From: Saccharofermentanales bacterium
GTDB lineage: Bacteria; Bacillota; Clostridia; Saccharofermentanales; DTU023
NCBI GenBank assembly: GCA_041655695.1
Contig: JBBAEW010000002.1
Span: 27,927-91,926 of the forward strand
Direction: 5' to 3'
DNA: 64,000 bases
A program made the position numbers and the translations under genes. This document shows positions 1 through 9,243 of the stretch, one piece after another. The number at the start of each line of letters is the position of its first letter. Within the stretch, counting starts at the first letter, position 1. The notes beneath the pieces were generated by a model. The model did no database searches. It had not been told where the DNA came from and was given only the letters and a program-made list of their open reading frames with translations.

Positions 1-1
1 G

Positions 2-778
2 GATAAAAACATCGACAAAGAGCTGGAGACCAACCGCATTGAAGGGCGAAATCCGGTAGCTGAAGCCCTGGCCGCCGGCCGGTCCATCAACCGGGCCTTC
101 ATTCTGGAGCAGGCCACAGGCGAATTGGCAGCTTTGGCCGGCCGTCTCCGCGAGGAAGGCGCCATCGTCCAGTTTGTCAGCCGGGCCAGCCTGGACGCCA
201 TGGCTACCAGCCGGGCCCACCAGGGCATCATCGTCGAGGCCGCGGCCTACCAGTATTCAGATCTGGACACGGTCCTTGCTGACTGCCGGGCCAGAGGCCA
301 GGAACCTTTCATTCTGCTTCTGGACCAGATCCAGGATGCCCATAACCTGGGCTCCATCCTGCGGATCGCGGATGGGGCAGGCGCCCATGCCGTCGTCATC
401 CTCAAACGGCGGTCGGTCCCCCTCAATGCCGCCGTGGCCAAGGCTTCCGCTGGTGCCATTGAGCATGTTCCCGTCTGCCGGGTCAACAACCTGACCAGCG
501 TCATCCTCATGCTCAAGGAGGCGGGTTTCTGGATCTTCGGGACCCGGGCCGGGGACGGCCTGAACTACCGGGAGGCTGACTACTCCGGCAAGATCGCCCT
601 GGTCATCGGCAGTGAGGGTCAGGGCATCTCAAAGAAGGTCGCCGAGCACTGTGACTTTCATCTGTCAATTCCCCTCCACGGCCGCGTCAATTCCCTCAAC
701 GCCGCAGTGGCCTGCGGCATCATCGCCTTTGAAGCGGCAGCCTCACGCAGGGGTCAGGAGACTCCGGCCCAGGCTTGA
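2..778 (+). CDS. rlmB: 23S rRNA (guanosine-2'-O)-methyltransferase RlmB-like, SpoU/TrmH family (5' end cut by window edge)
   Basis: Frame is open from nt 2 (DKNIDKELETNRIEGRNPVAEAL...). SpoU motifs are present: HNLGSILRIADGAG, VIGSEGQGIS, IPLHGRVNSLNAAVA. The listed TTG at 125 is internal. Confidence 0.8.
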   Translation, partial: DKNIDKELETNRIEGRNPVAEALAAGRSINRAFILEQATGELAALAGRLREEGAIVQFVSRASLDAMATSRAHQGIIVEAAAYQYSDLDTVLADCRARGQEPFILLLDQIQDAHNLGSILRIADGAGAHAVVILKRRSVPLNAAVAKASAGAIEHVPVCRVNNLTSVILMLKEAGFWIFGTRAGDGLNYREADYSGKIALVIGSEGQGISKKVAEHCDFHLSIPLHGRVNSLNAAVACGIIAFEAAASRRGQETPAQA

Positions 779-850
779 AGCCGGGCCCCCTTTTGGGGCA
801 GAATAAAAAGGGCGAAAGGTCAGTAAGAGCCTTCGCCGGGAGCCGAGAAC

Positions 851-2185
851 TTGAAAAACCTGGAAAATACCAAAGGATTGATCAGACCCCGTCCCCGCCT
901 TCTTGCCCTGGCGGCTCTCATTCTCTGCGCCGCCCTCCTGCTCTCCTCCTGCTCCCTGATCCCCCAGCAAGATGACCGGCCCCAGGCAGACGAGGGGCTG
1001 CCCTTCCTGATCCGCCCCCAAAACGACAAGTATCTGCGCGAAGACGAATGGGTCCGCATGATCACCCTGGCCATCACCCACGCCGATCAGCGGGGCCGCA
1101 TCTGGGAATCCATCCCGGCAAGCCAGCGGGCGGAGATTTCCCAGTCGGATTTCTACCGCTACGTGTCCATTCTGGCTGACTGTCTGCCCGGCACCCTCTC
1201 CTCCTTCCAGGAGGCCACCCAGGAGGAGGCGGACCTCTTTCGGAGCTACGCGGCCAGGTTGGACAAGCAGCTGACGCCCAAATCAACGGACGCGGCCATC
1301 TGGTGGATCAAGGCCAAGACCTCTGATTTGCGCGAACTGAAATTTGCCGTTCCCGTCACCTGCGACAAGGCAGGGATCCCCTTCTTCTCCAAAACCTGGA
1401 TCAGCCGCCAGGTCCAGCTCTATGAGTACGTCATCCTCTATCTGGATGCCTTGACCAGCGGTTCCAAGTCAGCTCTTTTCGGCCTTCTCAGCTCCATGCA
1501 GGAGTTGAGGAGCGATCTTCAGGAAGAAGCGCTCAGGGGCCGGACCGATGCCTTATTGACCTATTACCGCAACAACGTCAACCTGACCAGAGCCAGCTTC
1601 CGCTGCCTGGAGCTCATGCCGGGCCGGGCTGTCTTCGAAGAGCAGCTCCTGCCCTCCGAGAACGGCACCAGCCGGACCCGGTCCGTTGTCTTTACCGAAA
1701 GCGAGGGTCTCTTCCGGGCTGAGGAAAAAATCCCGCAGGTGCTGGATCCCCGGGACATGACCTTCTTTTTGAAGGGCGAGCCCTTCATCGACAGCGACCA
1801 GGCTCCAGCCCTTATCGAATCGGACACGGCCATCCGCCTGGCCGGCATCCCCCTCTCCCTGGTGATCGTTGACCGGACCGAAGACGGCCGGGACGTCTTC
1901 CAGGCAGCCTGGCCCGGCCTGACCGTCGAGGCCTGGGGCACCTGTGATCCGGACAATCTGGCTTTTGAAGGGCAGATCCATCAGATCTCCGCCTCTTACA
2001 GCTTCTACTCGACCGGCTCGGGGCTGACCCCCGGGGATTCGGTTCACGCCCTCTACCTGCGCTACCCCTTTGCCCGGGAAAACGGCTACCTGATCTCTTC
2101 CCGACAGAATGGTGTCCCCGGCACCCTGGCCGTCCAGGTTGAATCGGACCACATCACCCGGATTACCTTAAGTTTTGACCATTAG
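851..2185 (+). CDS. Putative lipoprotein, function unknown
   Basis: TTG start with GGGAG 8 nt upstream. Signal peptide ends in lipobox LLLSS|C. 444 aa; no family recognised. Confidence 0.6.
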   Translation: MKNLENTKGLIRPRPRLLALAALILCAALLLSSCSLIPQQDDRPQADEGLPFLIRPQNDKYLREDEWVRMITLAITHADQRGRIWESIPASQRAEISQSDFYRYVSILADCLPGTLSSFQEATQEEADLFRSYAARLDKQLTPKSTDAAIWWIKAKTSDLRELKFAVPVTCDKAGIPFFSKTWISRQVQLYEYVILYLDALTSGSKSALFGLLSSMQELRSDLQEEALRGRTDALLTYYRNNVNLTRASFRCLELMPGRAVFEEQLLPSENGTSRTRSVVFTESEGLFRAEEKIPQVLDPRDMTFFLKGEPFIDSDQAPALIESDTAIRLAGIPLSLVIVDRTEDGRDVFQAAWPGLTVEAWGTCDPDNLAFEGQIHQISASYSFYSTGSGLTPGDSVHALYLRYPFARENGYLISSRQNGVPGTLAVQVESDHITRITLSFDH

Positions 2186-2201
2186 GCGGCCCTTTTCTAT
2201 C

Positions 2202-2230
2202 TTGACAAGGTCCGCCCCTGACGCTACTAT
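2202..2230 (+). promoter_or_regulatory. Sigma-A-like promoter for tRNA-Arg
   Basis: TTGACA (2202-2207), 17 nt spacer, TACTAT (2225-2230), about 15 nt before the tRNA 5' end. Confidence 0.45.
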
Positions 2231-2244
2231 ATTAAAGCTGTCAC

Positions 2245-2321
<77 letters not shown>

Positions 2322-2322
2322 T

Positions 2323-2360
2323 AAAAAAAGCCTTGGAGCAGATGCCCCAAGGCTTTTTTA
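2323..2360. terminator. Bidirectional intrinsic terminator (tRNA-Arg and the convergent permease gene)
   Basis: Stem AGCCTTGG/CCAAGGCT, flanked by an A-run (2323-2329) and a T-run (2355-2360). Confidence 0.6.
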
Positions 2361-2377
2361 ATCCGGAAAATCCTGCC

Positions 2378-3877
2378 TTATTCAGGCACTTCCAGGGCCG
2401 GTTTCTTTTTGCGCTGCCAGGCGTGCATGGCAAGAGCCAGGGCAATGACCCCGTAGGAGACTCCCTCACGGAAGTATTCACCCAGCATGGCGTTGTTGAA
2501 GAGGGTATTGGCGGCGTCAGGGGCGACCACGAAGAGAGTGTGGAAGAGGATGATCCCGGTTATGGCCTGCTTGTTGGTAGCCTTCTGGACGGAGGCACCG
2601 CCGACCAGAAGGGCGGCAATGGCGTAGAGGCCTACGTTGGTGTGGGCCCCGTAGGTCCCGAAGGTGCCCAGGTTCTGCAGATAAATCAGCTGGCCCCAGC
2701 TGGCCAGGACCGTGGAGATCATCATGGCGATGACCCGGACCCGGTCCACGTGGATGCCCGAAGCATTGGCGATCACCTGGCTCTGGCCGGCCGTCCGCAT
2801 GTTCTGTCCCAGGCGGGTGGATAGGAAGACCCGGTTGAAGACACAGAGGCCCGCAATCAGGCCGAAGGGAAGAACCGCCAGGGAGGCCGACTTAATGGTG
2901 TCGTAGACAGGCGGAATATAGGTCAGCCCATAGAGGACCGCCGCTGCCAGGATCATGACCAGGTAGCGGGTTTTCTTGAATCCCTCTGCCGGCCGCCGCC
3001 AATTGACGATCAGTTTGAAGAGGCAATAGAGGACAGTGATCAGTCCCCCGATTTCAATAGCGCTGATCATGGGCAGGCGGTCCGTCTTGAAGTAGTCGCC
3101 CACCCCCGGAATGAAGGTCACCCCGTAGAGGACAGCGGAAAGAAACAGAAAGACAGCCGGTTTAAGAGGGAAGGCTTCTTTCTTTTTCAGACTGGACACC
3201 GCCTTGAAGGCGGTGACAACCAGCAGAATCACGGCAGCCACCAGGAAGAGGTCGGCCAGTTTGACCAGATCCAGGGCGTACTTGAGATTGCCGGTCAGGT
3301 CAATGGTGTTCTTGATGCCCACCCCGCCTGCCAGGACGTTGCTGGGAGTCTTGACAGGGATGACCCCGCCCAGGAGAAAGAGGAAGAAGAGCTGGTAAAA
3401 ACCTTCCGCGAAAAAGGCCATGATCAAGCCGGCGATCATCTCGGCGCCCTTCATCTTGTTGAAAAGGCGGCCCACCCCGAAGCCCAGGAGCATGGCCAAT
3501 GGTGTCGCGATAGCGAAAGCCACCAGCATGCCCGGAACCCCGATGGTCCCCCAGTCGATGGCAAAGAAGATACCGACCTGGGCGGCCATGGCCCCGATGA
3601 CAATGCTGAAGTTGAGTCCCAGGCCCGCCAGGACCGGGATCAGTAGGGAGAGGACCGTGAAGCCGTTTCGCGCGAACCGGGTCAGGATATTGCTGACTAC
3701 GAAGTTCATGGAGATGCCGGAGACCAGAACGGCCCCGACACTGAGCGCGGCAAAGAGCAGCATGACCTTGTTGTTGAACATCCAGTCAAGGGATGCCTTC
3801 AAAGGATTCGTCCCGTCGATCACCTGGATGTCGGCCTGGGAAACCTCTGATTGATTGGTTTTTTTCTTACTTTTCAA
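2378..3877 (-). CDS. ABC transporter permease (polytopic, sugar/nucleoside-type)
   Basis: Highly hydrophobic multi-TM protein, last gene of the SBP-ATPase-permease-permease operon. I prefer TTG at 3877 (GGAGG 8 nt upstream) over the listed ATG at 3934, which overlaps the upstream gene by 68 nt. Confidence 0.7.
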   Translation of the reverse strand: MKSKKKTNQSEVSQADIQVIDGTNPLKASLDWMFNNKVMLLFAALSVGAVLVSGISMNFVVSNILTRFARNGFTVLSLLIPVLAGLGLNFSIVIGAMAAQVGIFFAIDWGTIGVPGMLVAFAIATPLAMLLGFGVGRLFNKMKGAEMIAGLIMAFFAEGFYQLFFLFLLGGVIPVKTPSNVLAGGVGIKNTIDLTGNLKYALDLVKLADLFLVAAVILLVVTAFKAVSSLKKKEAFPLKPAVFLFLSAVLYGVTFIPGVGDYFKTDRLPMISAIEIGGLITVLYCLFKLIVNWRRPAEGFKKTRYLVMILAAAVLYGLTYIPPVYDTIKSASLAVLPFGLIAGLCVFNRVFLSTRLGQNMRTAGQSQVIANASGIHVDRVRVIAMMISTVLASWGQLIYLQNLGTFGTYGAHTNVGLYAIAALLVGGASVQKATNKQAITGIILFHTLFVVAPDAANTLFNNAMLGEYFREGVSYGVIALALAMHAWQRKKKPALEVPE

Positions 3878-4976
3878 TCTGGTTTCCTCCTTTCGTCTTC
3901 GAGAGGGCGTAGAGGATGATGCCGTTCGAAACAATGGGCCGGACGACCTCCGACAGGCGGCTCCCCTGGGGAACCAGCCTCTGGATGACCGGCAGTGACG
4001 TGGTCAGGATACCCTGGAAGAGCAGGGTTCCGATGATGACATTGACGATGGTGGCCCGGCGGGTGGTCGCCCCTCCGATCAGGACAGCCGCCACGCAGGC
4101 AAAACCCATATAGAGGGGAGCCGCGTAGAGCTGGAGGAAGCCGTAGACCTGACCGTAGATGATGATGCCCACAGCCCCCAGGACAGTCGATAAAATCGTC
4201 CCCTGCAGGCGCTTGCTGTCGACTTTGATGGCGTTGGACCGTGTAAAGAGTTCATTCTCACCGGCAGCAGAGAGAGCGATGCCGCTCTTGCTGCGCAGGA
4301 AGAGCCAGACCAGGAAACAGACGAAGAGGAAGAGCAGGATGGTCCCGATGGGAATGGAAACACCCCCGATCCGAAAGGCCATCCACTTGAGGATGCCCGG
4401 CTGGTTGGCTGTCACGTCAGGATCGCTCAAAAGCCCCCCGTAGGTCCCCTCCAGGCTGATGGTATTGCGCATGCCCTCCCCGCCGTAGGGGAAGATCAGG
4501 GTGCCGGACTTGACCGGCAGGACCGCCCAGTAGATCTTGGAGAAGGCGACTGCGGAGAAACCCACATAGGTCGAAACAGTCATCTCCGATCCCTTGACCC
4601 GGTTGAGCAGGTGGCCATAGGCCCAGCCAAAGATCAGGGCCACCGGAATGGCGACCAGGAAGGCGATACCCAGTTCTGTCCAGGGCCTTGCGGGGCCTCC
4701 CATGCGGTAGGCCAGTTCAATGGAGGTGGTGGCGCCGATCAGGCCGGCGACAATCCCCAAAGAGACGCCGAAGTTGAGGCCGATGCCGCTCTGGACGCCC
4801 GGCACCATGGCCAGGACCAGAATACCGAAGAGAGCCCAGCGGCGGAGCACATCGCTGACGACATCCGTCAGCTTCAGGCCCAGCAGGGGCGAGGCTACCA
4901 CCAGCAGGACGAAGAAGAGCCCGATAATGACACGGGGCCATCCGACGCGCTGCATAAACAATCTCATGCGACTCAT
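3867..4976 (-). CDS. ABC transporter permease
   Basis: 369 aa multi-TM protein. ATGA overlap with the stop of the ATPase gene at 4973-4976. Confidence 0.8.
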   Translation of the reverse strand: MSRMRLFMQRVGWPRVIIGLFFVLLVVASPLLGLKLTDVVSDVLRRWALFGILVLAMVPGVQSGIGLNFGVSLGIVAGLIGATTSIELAYRMGGPARPWTELGIAFLVAIPVALIFGWAYGHLLNRVKGSEMTVSTYVGFSAVAFSKIYWAVLPVKSGTLIFPYGGEGMRNTISLEGTYGGLLSDPDVTANQPGILKWMAFRIGGVSIPIGTILLFLFVCFLVWLFLRSKSGIALSAAGENELFTRSNAIKVDSKRLQGTILSTVLGAVGIIIYGQVYGFLQLYAAPLYMGFACVAAVLIGGATTRRATIVNVIIGTLLFQGILTTSLPVIQRLVPQGSRLSEVVRPIVSNGIILYALSKTKGGNQIEK

Positions 4977-6583
4977 GCCTGACCTCCTTCCAGAGCCACG
5001 CTGTCAGACATACCGGACATGGCCAGCCCGAAGGCGACATCCGACGCGTCCGGAGGCAGAATCTGTTCGATCTTGCCTTCTGCGACAATGGCGATCCGGT
5101 CACAGACCGAACGCAGTTCCACCAGCTCGGAGCTGATCATGATGATGGTCATCCCCAGCTCCTCGTTGATCTTGACCAGATGTTCCAGGACCAGTTTCTT
5201 GGCCCCGATATCGATACCCCGCGTGGGTTCTGCCACGACCAGGATTTCAGGTTCCATGGAAAGGGCCCGCGCCAGACAGACCTTCTGCTGGTTTCCGCCT
5301 GACAGGCTGCCCGTCTTTTGCTGGGGGCCCGTACAGCGGATATCCAGGAGCTCGATCATGTCCAGGGTGTGTTTTTTTGCCTGCTTGCGGTTGAGGAGTT
5401 TGAAGGGCCCCAGCTTGCGTAAAAAACGGTTGTGAATCTGCATAGTCGAAAAGATGACATTGCGTTCAATTGATTCGTTGAGCAGAAGGCCCACACCCCG
5501 CCGATCCTCGGACACAAAAGCAACCCCCTTGAAAAGGGCGTCCCCCAGTTTATCCAGCTGGAGTTTCTCACCGAATACAAAGGCGTCGCCCTGGGCCGGG
5601 TAAAGACCCATGAGTCCGTTGATGACGCCGATTTTCCCTTGACCGGCCAGGCCGCCAAAGCCGAAAATCTCCCCCTTGTAGATGGAGACATCCATGCCCT
5701 TGACCTGTTCACCCGGCATGTCAACACTGAAATTCTCAAGCTCAAGGGCGGTGGTCTCCATATCGCAGACCCGGCAGGTATCGGAAAGCTCAACCAGACG
5801 TTCCACCTTGCGGCCGATCATCTTGCCGGCGATTTCCGTGACGGAGACATCCTCCGTCCTGGCCCGCTCAACCAGTTCCCCGTCACGCAGGATGGTCAGG
5901 CTGTCGGCGACGGCCTTGACCTCATCCAGACGGTGGGTGATGAAAATAATGGCGATGCCCTGGTCGGTGATCATCTTCATGATCTCCAGCAGGCGGTCGG
6001 CTTCCGTTTCCGCCAGGACGGCCGTCGGCTCATCGAAGACCAGAAGCTTGATGCCGGTCTTGTCGATTTCGCGGGCAATCTCGACGAATTGTTTGAAGCC
6101 GATGGGAAGCCCGGCCACCTTGACGTATTCCTCGATGTTGAGGCCGATCCTGGACAGGGCCTTCCTGGCATCGCGCCGCATGGCCTGTCTGTCCAGAATA
6201 TCCATAGCAGGACCAAAGATCCTTGAAAACAGGGTCGGCCGGCCAATCTCGCGCCCGACCTTGATATTCTCCGTAATGGTAAAATCCGGAATCAGCATGA
6301 ATTCCTGATGGACCATGCCGATGCCGTGTTCCATGGCCTGGTGAGGGTTGGCGATGGAGACTTTCTCGCCGGCGATTTCCACCTCACCCTTGAAACCGCC
6401 AGTAGTGTGGATGACCGGCATCCCAAACAAAATATTCATCAGGGTTGATTTGCCGGCCCCGTTCTCGCCAACCAAAGCGTGTATTTCACCCGGCTTGACG
6501 GTCAGGTCGACATTCTTCAATACCTGATTGCCAAAGTATTCCTTGCTTATCCCCTTCATGGATAAAATAGGTGGCCCGTCCAT
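4973..6583 (-). CDS. ABC transporter ATP-binding protein, tandem ATPase domains
   Basis: First Walker A is GENGAGKST. Two signature motifs (LSGGNQQKV) and two Walker B regions (LVFDEPT, LVVAEPTRGID). GGAGG lies before the ATG. Confidence 0.9.
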   Translation of the reverse strand: MDGPPILSMKGISKEYFGNQVLKNVDLTVKPGEIHALVGENGAGKSTLMNILFGMPVIHTTGGFKGEVEIAGEKVSIANPHQAMEHGIGMVHQEFMLIPDFTITENIKVGREIGRPTLFSRIFGPAMDILDRQAMRRDARKALSRIGLNIEEYVKVAGLPIGFKQFVEIAREIDKTGIKLLVFDEPTAVLAETEADRLLEIMKMITDQGIAIIFITHRLDEVKAVADSLTILRDGELVERARTEDVSVTEIAGKMIGRKVERLVELSDTCRVCDMETTALELENFSVDMPGEQVKGMDVSIYKGEIFGFGGLAGQGKIGVINGLMGLYPAQGDAFVFGEKLQLDKLGDALFKGVAFVSEDRRGVGLLLNESIERNVIFSTMQIHNRFLRKLGPFKLLNRKQAKKHTLDMIELLDIRCTGPQQKTGSLSGGNQQKVCLARALSMEPEILVVAEPTRGIDIGAKKLVLEHLVKINEELGMTIIMISSELVELRSVCDRIAIVAEGKIEQILPPDASDVAFGLAMSGMSDSVALEGGQA

Positions 6584-6659
6584 TCTTCCTCCCCTTCACG
6601 CCCGGACAGCCCGACGCCCGGCCAGCCGGGCGGTGCCTGTCTTGCGGGTCTTCTTTTTC

Positions 6660-6697
6660 AAAAAAGCGCACCGACTCCTTTGGGGGAGCCGGCGCGC
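6660..6697 (-). terminator. Intra-operon hairpin with T-run between the SBP and ATPase genes
   Basis: On the minus strand, a 13-position stem (11 pairs) GCGCGCCGGCTCC/GGAGTCGGTGCGC is followed by TTTTTT. Confidence 0.45.
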
Positions 6698-6741
6698 TCA
6701 CGCCTCAGACTAAACGCATGATGCGTGTTTACCCTGGTTTC

Positions 6742-7899
6742 TTACTCGATCGGCTTGCTGAAGTCGATGAAGGGAGCCAGGATCAGGTAGAAGTTACTCA
6801 GCGTCTTGTTCTCCTCGGTCACATAGTTGGAGAGCGTGATGGTTCCGGCCTTGTACTCGTCCGCAACCTTCTTGATGGCGCGGTCCAGGGCGGCCTTGTC
6901 GTGACGCTCTGTGAACTTGCCTTCGCAGAACTCGATGGCGTACTCAACACCGGCTTCCAGCATCAGCATGTTCATGGGGACTCCCCAGGTGGACATGCGG
7001 CTTTCCTGACCGGATTCCTTCAGTTTTTCCTGAATGGATTTGAGCATGAACTTAACGTCACCCTCGTGGCCTGTCACATCGATGTTGAGGGCCGCCGGGT
7101 AGGCGTGGTAGGGGCTGGGGCAGCACTGCTGCGGATAGATGCCCTTGCCTTTGATGACTTCGCGGATCAGGGGTTCCTGCAGGCCGCAGTTGGTCGAGAA
7201 GAAAGCCGTGTCGGGACCGTATTCAGCGATCTTTTTGGGCACATCTTCAACGATGAACTGCTGGGCTCCGGAGATGCCGGCGTCACCGGTCGGGTCGGGT
7301 GCTTCGACGTCGATGAATTCGATACCCAGCTCTTTGCAGGTCTCGATCATGATGGCGCGGCGGGTGGCAATGGTGGTGTAGCCCAGATGGCGCGGGAAGG
7401 AGTAGTGCAGGAAGCGGGTGGCTCCCATGCGGGCGGCTTCCGTAGGAATGGCGCTGCCCATGGAAATCTCGTCAACCAGGAGGTTGACATCGGCTTTGCC
7501 TGACATGACTTCCGGATCCTCGGCGACAACACCGGCGATGAAGAGCATGTCGGGACGTGTCTCGCGGACCTTGTCAATGGCCGCTGCGGCGCCCGGGACT
7601 GCCTGGACAAAGACAATGGCCTTGACCTTGTCGTCCGATGCCAGCTGGAGTACGCCCTGGATTACCTGCTCAACCTCTGAGGAGAAGTTGTCGGGATAGG
7701 TCGCGGTGACGATCATGTCACCGTAGCGGGCTTTCATCTTCTGAGCCGCCTGGTACTCTTCTTCTCCCTGTGAGACGGTGCCTGTGTAGAGCGCGATCTT
7801 GTAGTCGCCGCCTGTCGACGGTTTGGAACCGCGATCGCAGGCAACAACCGTGAGAATCATCATCACGGCGAGCACCGCCACCAGAATCTTCTTAATCAT
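6742..7899 (-). CDS. Lipoprotein substrate-binding protein of the ABC transporter (DUF3798-like, periplasmic-binding fold)
   Basis: ATG at 7899 with GGAGGAAACA upstream gives MIKKILVAVLAVMMILTVVAC (lipobox). The listed start at 7983 adds a non-signal extension. Family call is from memory of DUF3798 sequences. Confidence 0.7.
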   Translation of the reverse strand: MIKKILVAVLAVMMILTVVACDRGSKPSTGGDYKIALYTGTVSQGEEEYQAAQKMKARYGDMIVTATYPDNFSSEVEQVIQGVLQLASDDKVKAIVFVQAVPGAAAAIDKVRETRPDMLFIAGVVAEDPEVMSGKADVNLLVDEISMGSAIPTEAARMGATRFLHYSFPRHLGYTTIATRRAIMIETCKELGIEFIDVEAPDPTGDAGISGAQQFIVEDVPKKIAEYGPDTAFFSTNCGLQEPLIREVIKGKGIYPQQCCPSPYHAYPAALNIDVTGHEGDVKFMLKSIQEKLKESGQESRMSTWGVPMNMLMLEAGVEYAIEFCEGKFTERHDKAALDRAIKKVADEYKAGTITLSNYVTEENKTLSNFYLILAPFIDFSKPIE

Positions 7900-8028
7900 A
7901 TGTTTCCTCCAAATTGTTTTCAGTCCGGCTGCCCGGACTCCTGTCCCCCGCCGGACGACCGGCAGGAGCGATTTGCGTTTCACAAATCAACGCTTTTTCG
8001 ATCCCTTACTTATGAGATACGTAAGCCA

Positions 8029-8057
8029 ATCATAAATATACAGGTGGGCCTTGTCAA
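8029..8057 (-). promoter_or_regulatory. Sigma-A-like promoter of the ABC transporter operon
   Basis: Minus strand: TTGACA (8057-8052), 17 nt spacer, TATGAT (8034-8029). Confidence 0.5.
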
Positions 8058-8149
8058 GCTATTTATACGAATAATGTTAACAAATTATACATTATTACGC
8101 CATATTTTACTGGGGAAAAAGATGAGAAACAAGTTACATTTAGCTGGCA

Positions 8150-8190
8150 AGACCTTGAAACCAGAAGGTTTCAAGGTCTCTTTTCTTTGG
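8150..8190 (+). terminator. Orphan intrinsic terminator on the plus strand
   Basis: Perfect 13-bp stem AGACCTTGAAACC/GGTTTCAAGGTCT, 4-nt loop, then CTTTTCTTT. No plus-strand gene lies upstream. Confidence 0.5.
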
Positions 8191-8410
8191 ACAATTTTCG
8201 GCTCAGATAAAGAACCAGTTCTTTTAATTTTCGGCCTAACCAGGCGAAGAGTTCAATAATGAGTCACATATGGCGTCCTTTCTTTTCCTTAATTTCTTTA
8301 AGTATACACATCCGTGCAAGCAAATGCAGGCGGCCGGGGCAGCAAGGGAGCTTCCCACTTGTCGTACAATGAGGAAGGCTTTGCCCATTGACCACGAAAG
8401 GCCGGTATGA

Positions 8411-8905
8411 ATGATGAGACGAAAAGACAGACAGGCGGATGAAAACTTTGCCCTGGAGATTGTAGACAGCTGCTCCTACGCGACAGTCAGCATGGTCATG
8501 CCCGATGGCCGCCCTTATGGGATTCCCCTCTCCATTGTCAGGATGGATGGCTTCCTTTACTTCCACTGCGCCCCCCGGGGCAAGAAGCTGGACGCCCTTC
8601 TGGCCTGCCCTCAGGTGTCCGTCGCCTGTGTCGGCCGTGTCCGGCCGCTCAAGAATGAGTTCACAACCGAGTATGAATCGGCCATTGTGGACGGGACAGC
8701 CGTGCGGGTCACTGACCACGACGAAAAAGTCAGGGCTCTTCGAGCCATCTGCCTCCGCTATACGCCCGACCATATGGATGCCTTCGAGGACGCCGTCCGC
8801 GAGAGCCTCCACCGGACCGACCTCTGGCGGATTGAAATCCAGGCCATAACCGGCAAGCGCAAGCTCTATGACAGCGAGGGCAGGGAGATCAAGTCCGGCC
8901 TCTGA
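8411..8905 (+). CDS. Pyridoxamine 5'-phosphate oxidase family protein (Nim-like flavin-binding split barrel)
   Basis: 164 aa. N-terminus MRRKDRQ...E.....L....Y..V.....DG.PY..P and overall size are typical of PNPOx/NimA-like proteins. Confidence 0.65.
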   Translation: MMRRKDRQADENFALEIVDSCSYATVSMVMPDGRPYGIPLSIVRMDGFLYFHCAPRGKKLDALLACPQVSVACVGRVRPLKNEFTTEYESAIVDGTAVRVTDHDEKVRALRAICLRYTPDHMDAFEDAVRESLHRTDLWRIEIQAITGKRKLYDSEGREIKSGL

Positions 8906-8918
8906 TTTCTGACGGCTC

Positions 8919-8966
8919 TTGCGCCGAACATATGTGCGTGATAGACTGAACGCGAACGATTGTTCT
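8919..8966 (+). promoter_or_regulatory. SOS promoter with two LexA (Cheo-type) boxes
   Basis: TTGCGC (8919-8924), 17 nt spacer, TAGACT (8942-8947). Box 1 CGAACATATGTGCG (8925-8938) fills the spacer; box 2 CGAACGATTGTTCT (8953-8966) lies just downstream. Each has one mismatch to CGAAC-N4-GTTCG. Confidence 0.6.
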
Positions 8967-8979
8967 GCCGAGGTAGCCT

Positions 8980-9243
8980 ATGGAACGCACATACGTCACA
9001 GTCGTGGCCCGGATCACCCCTCAGGGTGATCTTTTCCCACTCATACTCCGTTTGGAGGACGGATCGGAATTCACGGTCGACCGGCGCCTGCAGGCGCCGC
9101 AGAAGAACAAAGCCAAGGACGGTACCTCCGCCTGGCGCTTTTCCTGCCTGATCGACCGGAAGCCCGTGACCCTCTTTTACGATGCCGGCACCCACCGCTG
9201 GTCAATCGAATCCAGCCTGCCCCGGGGAGGCCAGGGAAAATGA
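8980..9243 (+). CDS. Small protein (87 aa), paralogue of the 10481-10795 product; candidate polymerase accessory factor
   Basis: GAGGT SD 6 nt upstream. Stop overlaps the dinB start (ATGA at 9240-9243). Aligns with the downstream small ORF. Confidence 0.6.
   Translation: MERTYVTVVARITPQGDLFPLILRLEDGSEFTVDRRLQAPQKNKAKDGTSAWRFSCLIDRKPVTLFYDAGTHRWSIESSLPRGGQGK

Noticed and set aside
6571-7503. 310-aa plus-strand ORF and similar antisense ORFs elsewhere (9312-10220, 10750-11700, 15895-17001, 17193-18131, 20099-21133, 35672-36598, 57984-58865).
   Set aside because: All are mirror frames of recognisable genes on the other strand. None has family motifs or plausible translation signals.
8121-8210. 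29-codon ORF (MRNKLHLAGKTLKPEGFKVSF...) with a GGGGA SD-like sequence.
   Set aside because: The strong terminator hairpin lies inside the ORF, before its stop codon. This is more consistent with a non-coding RNA or no gene at all.
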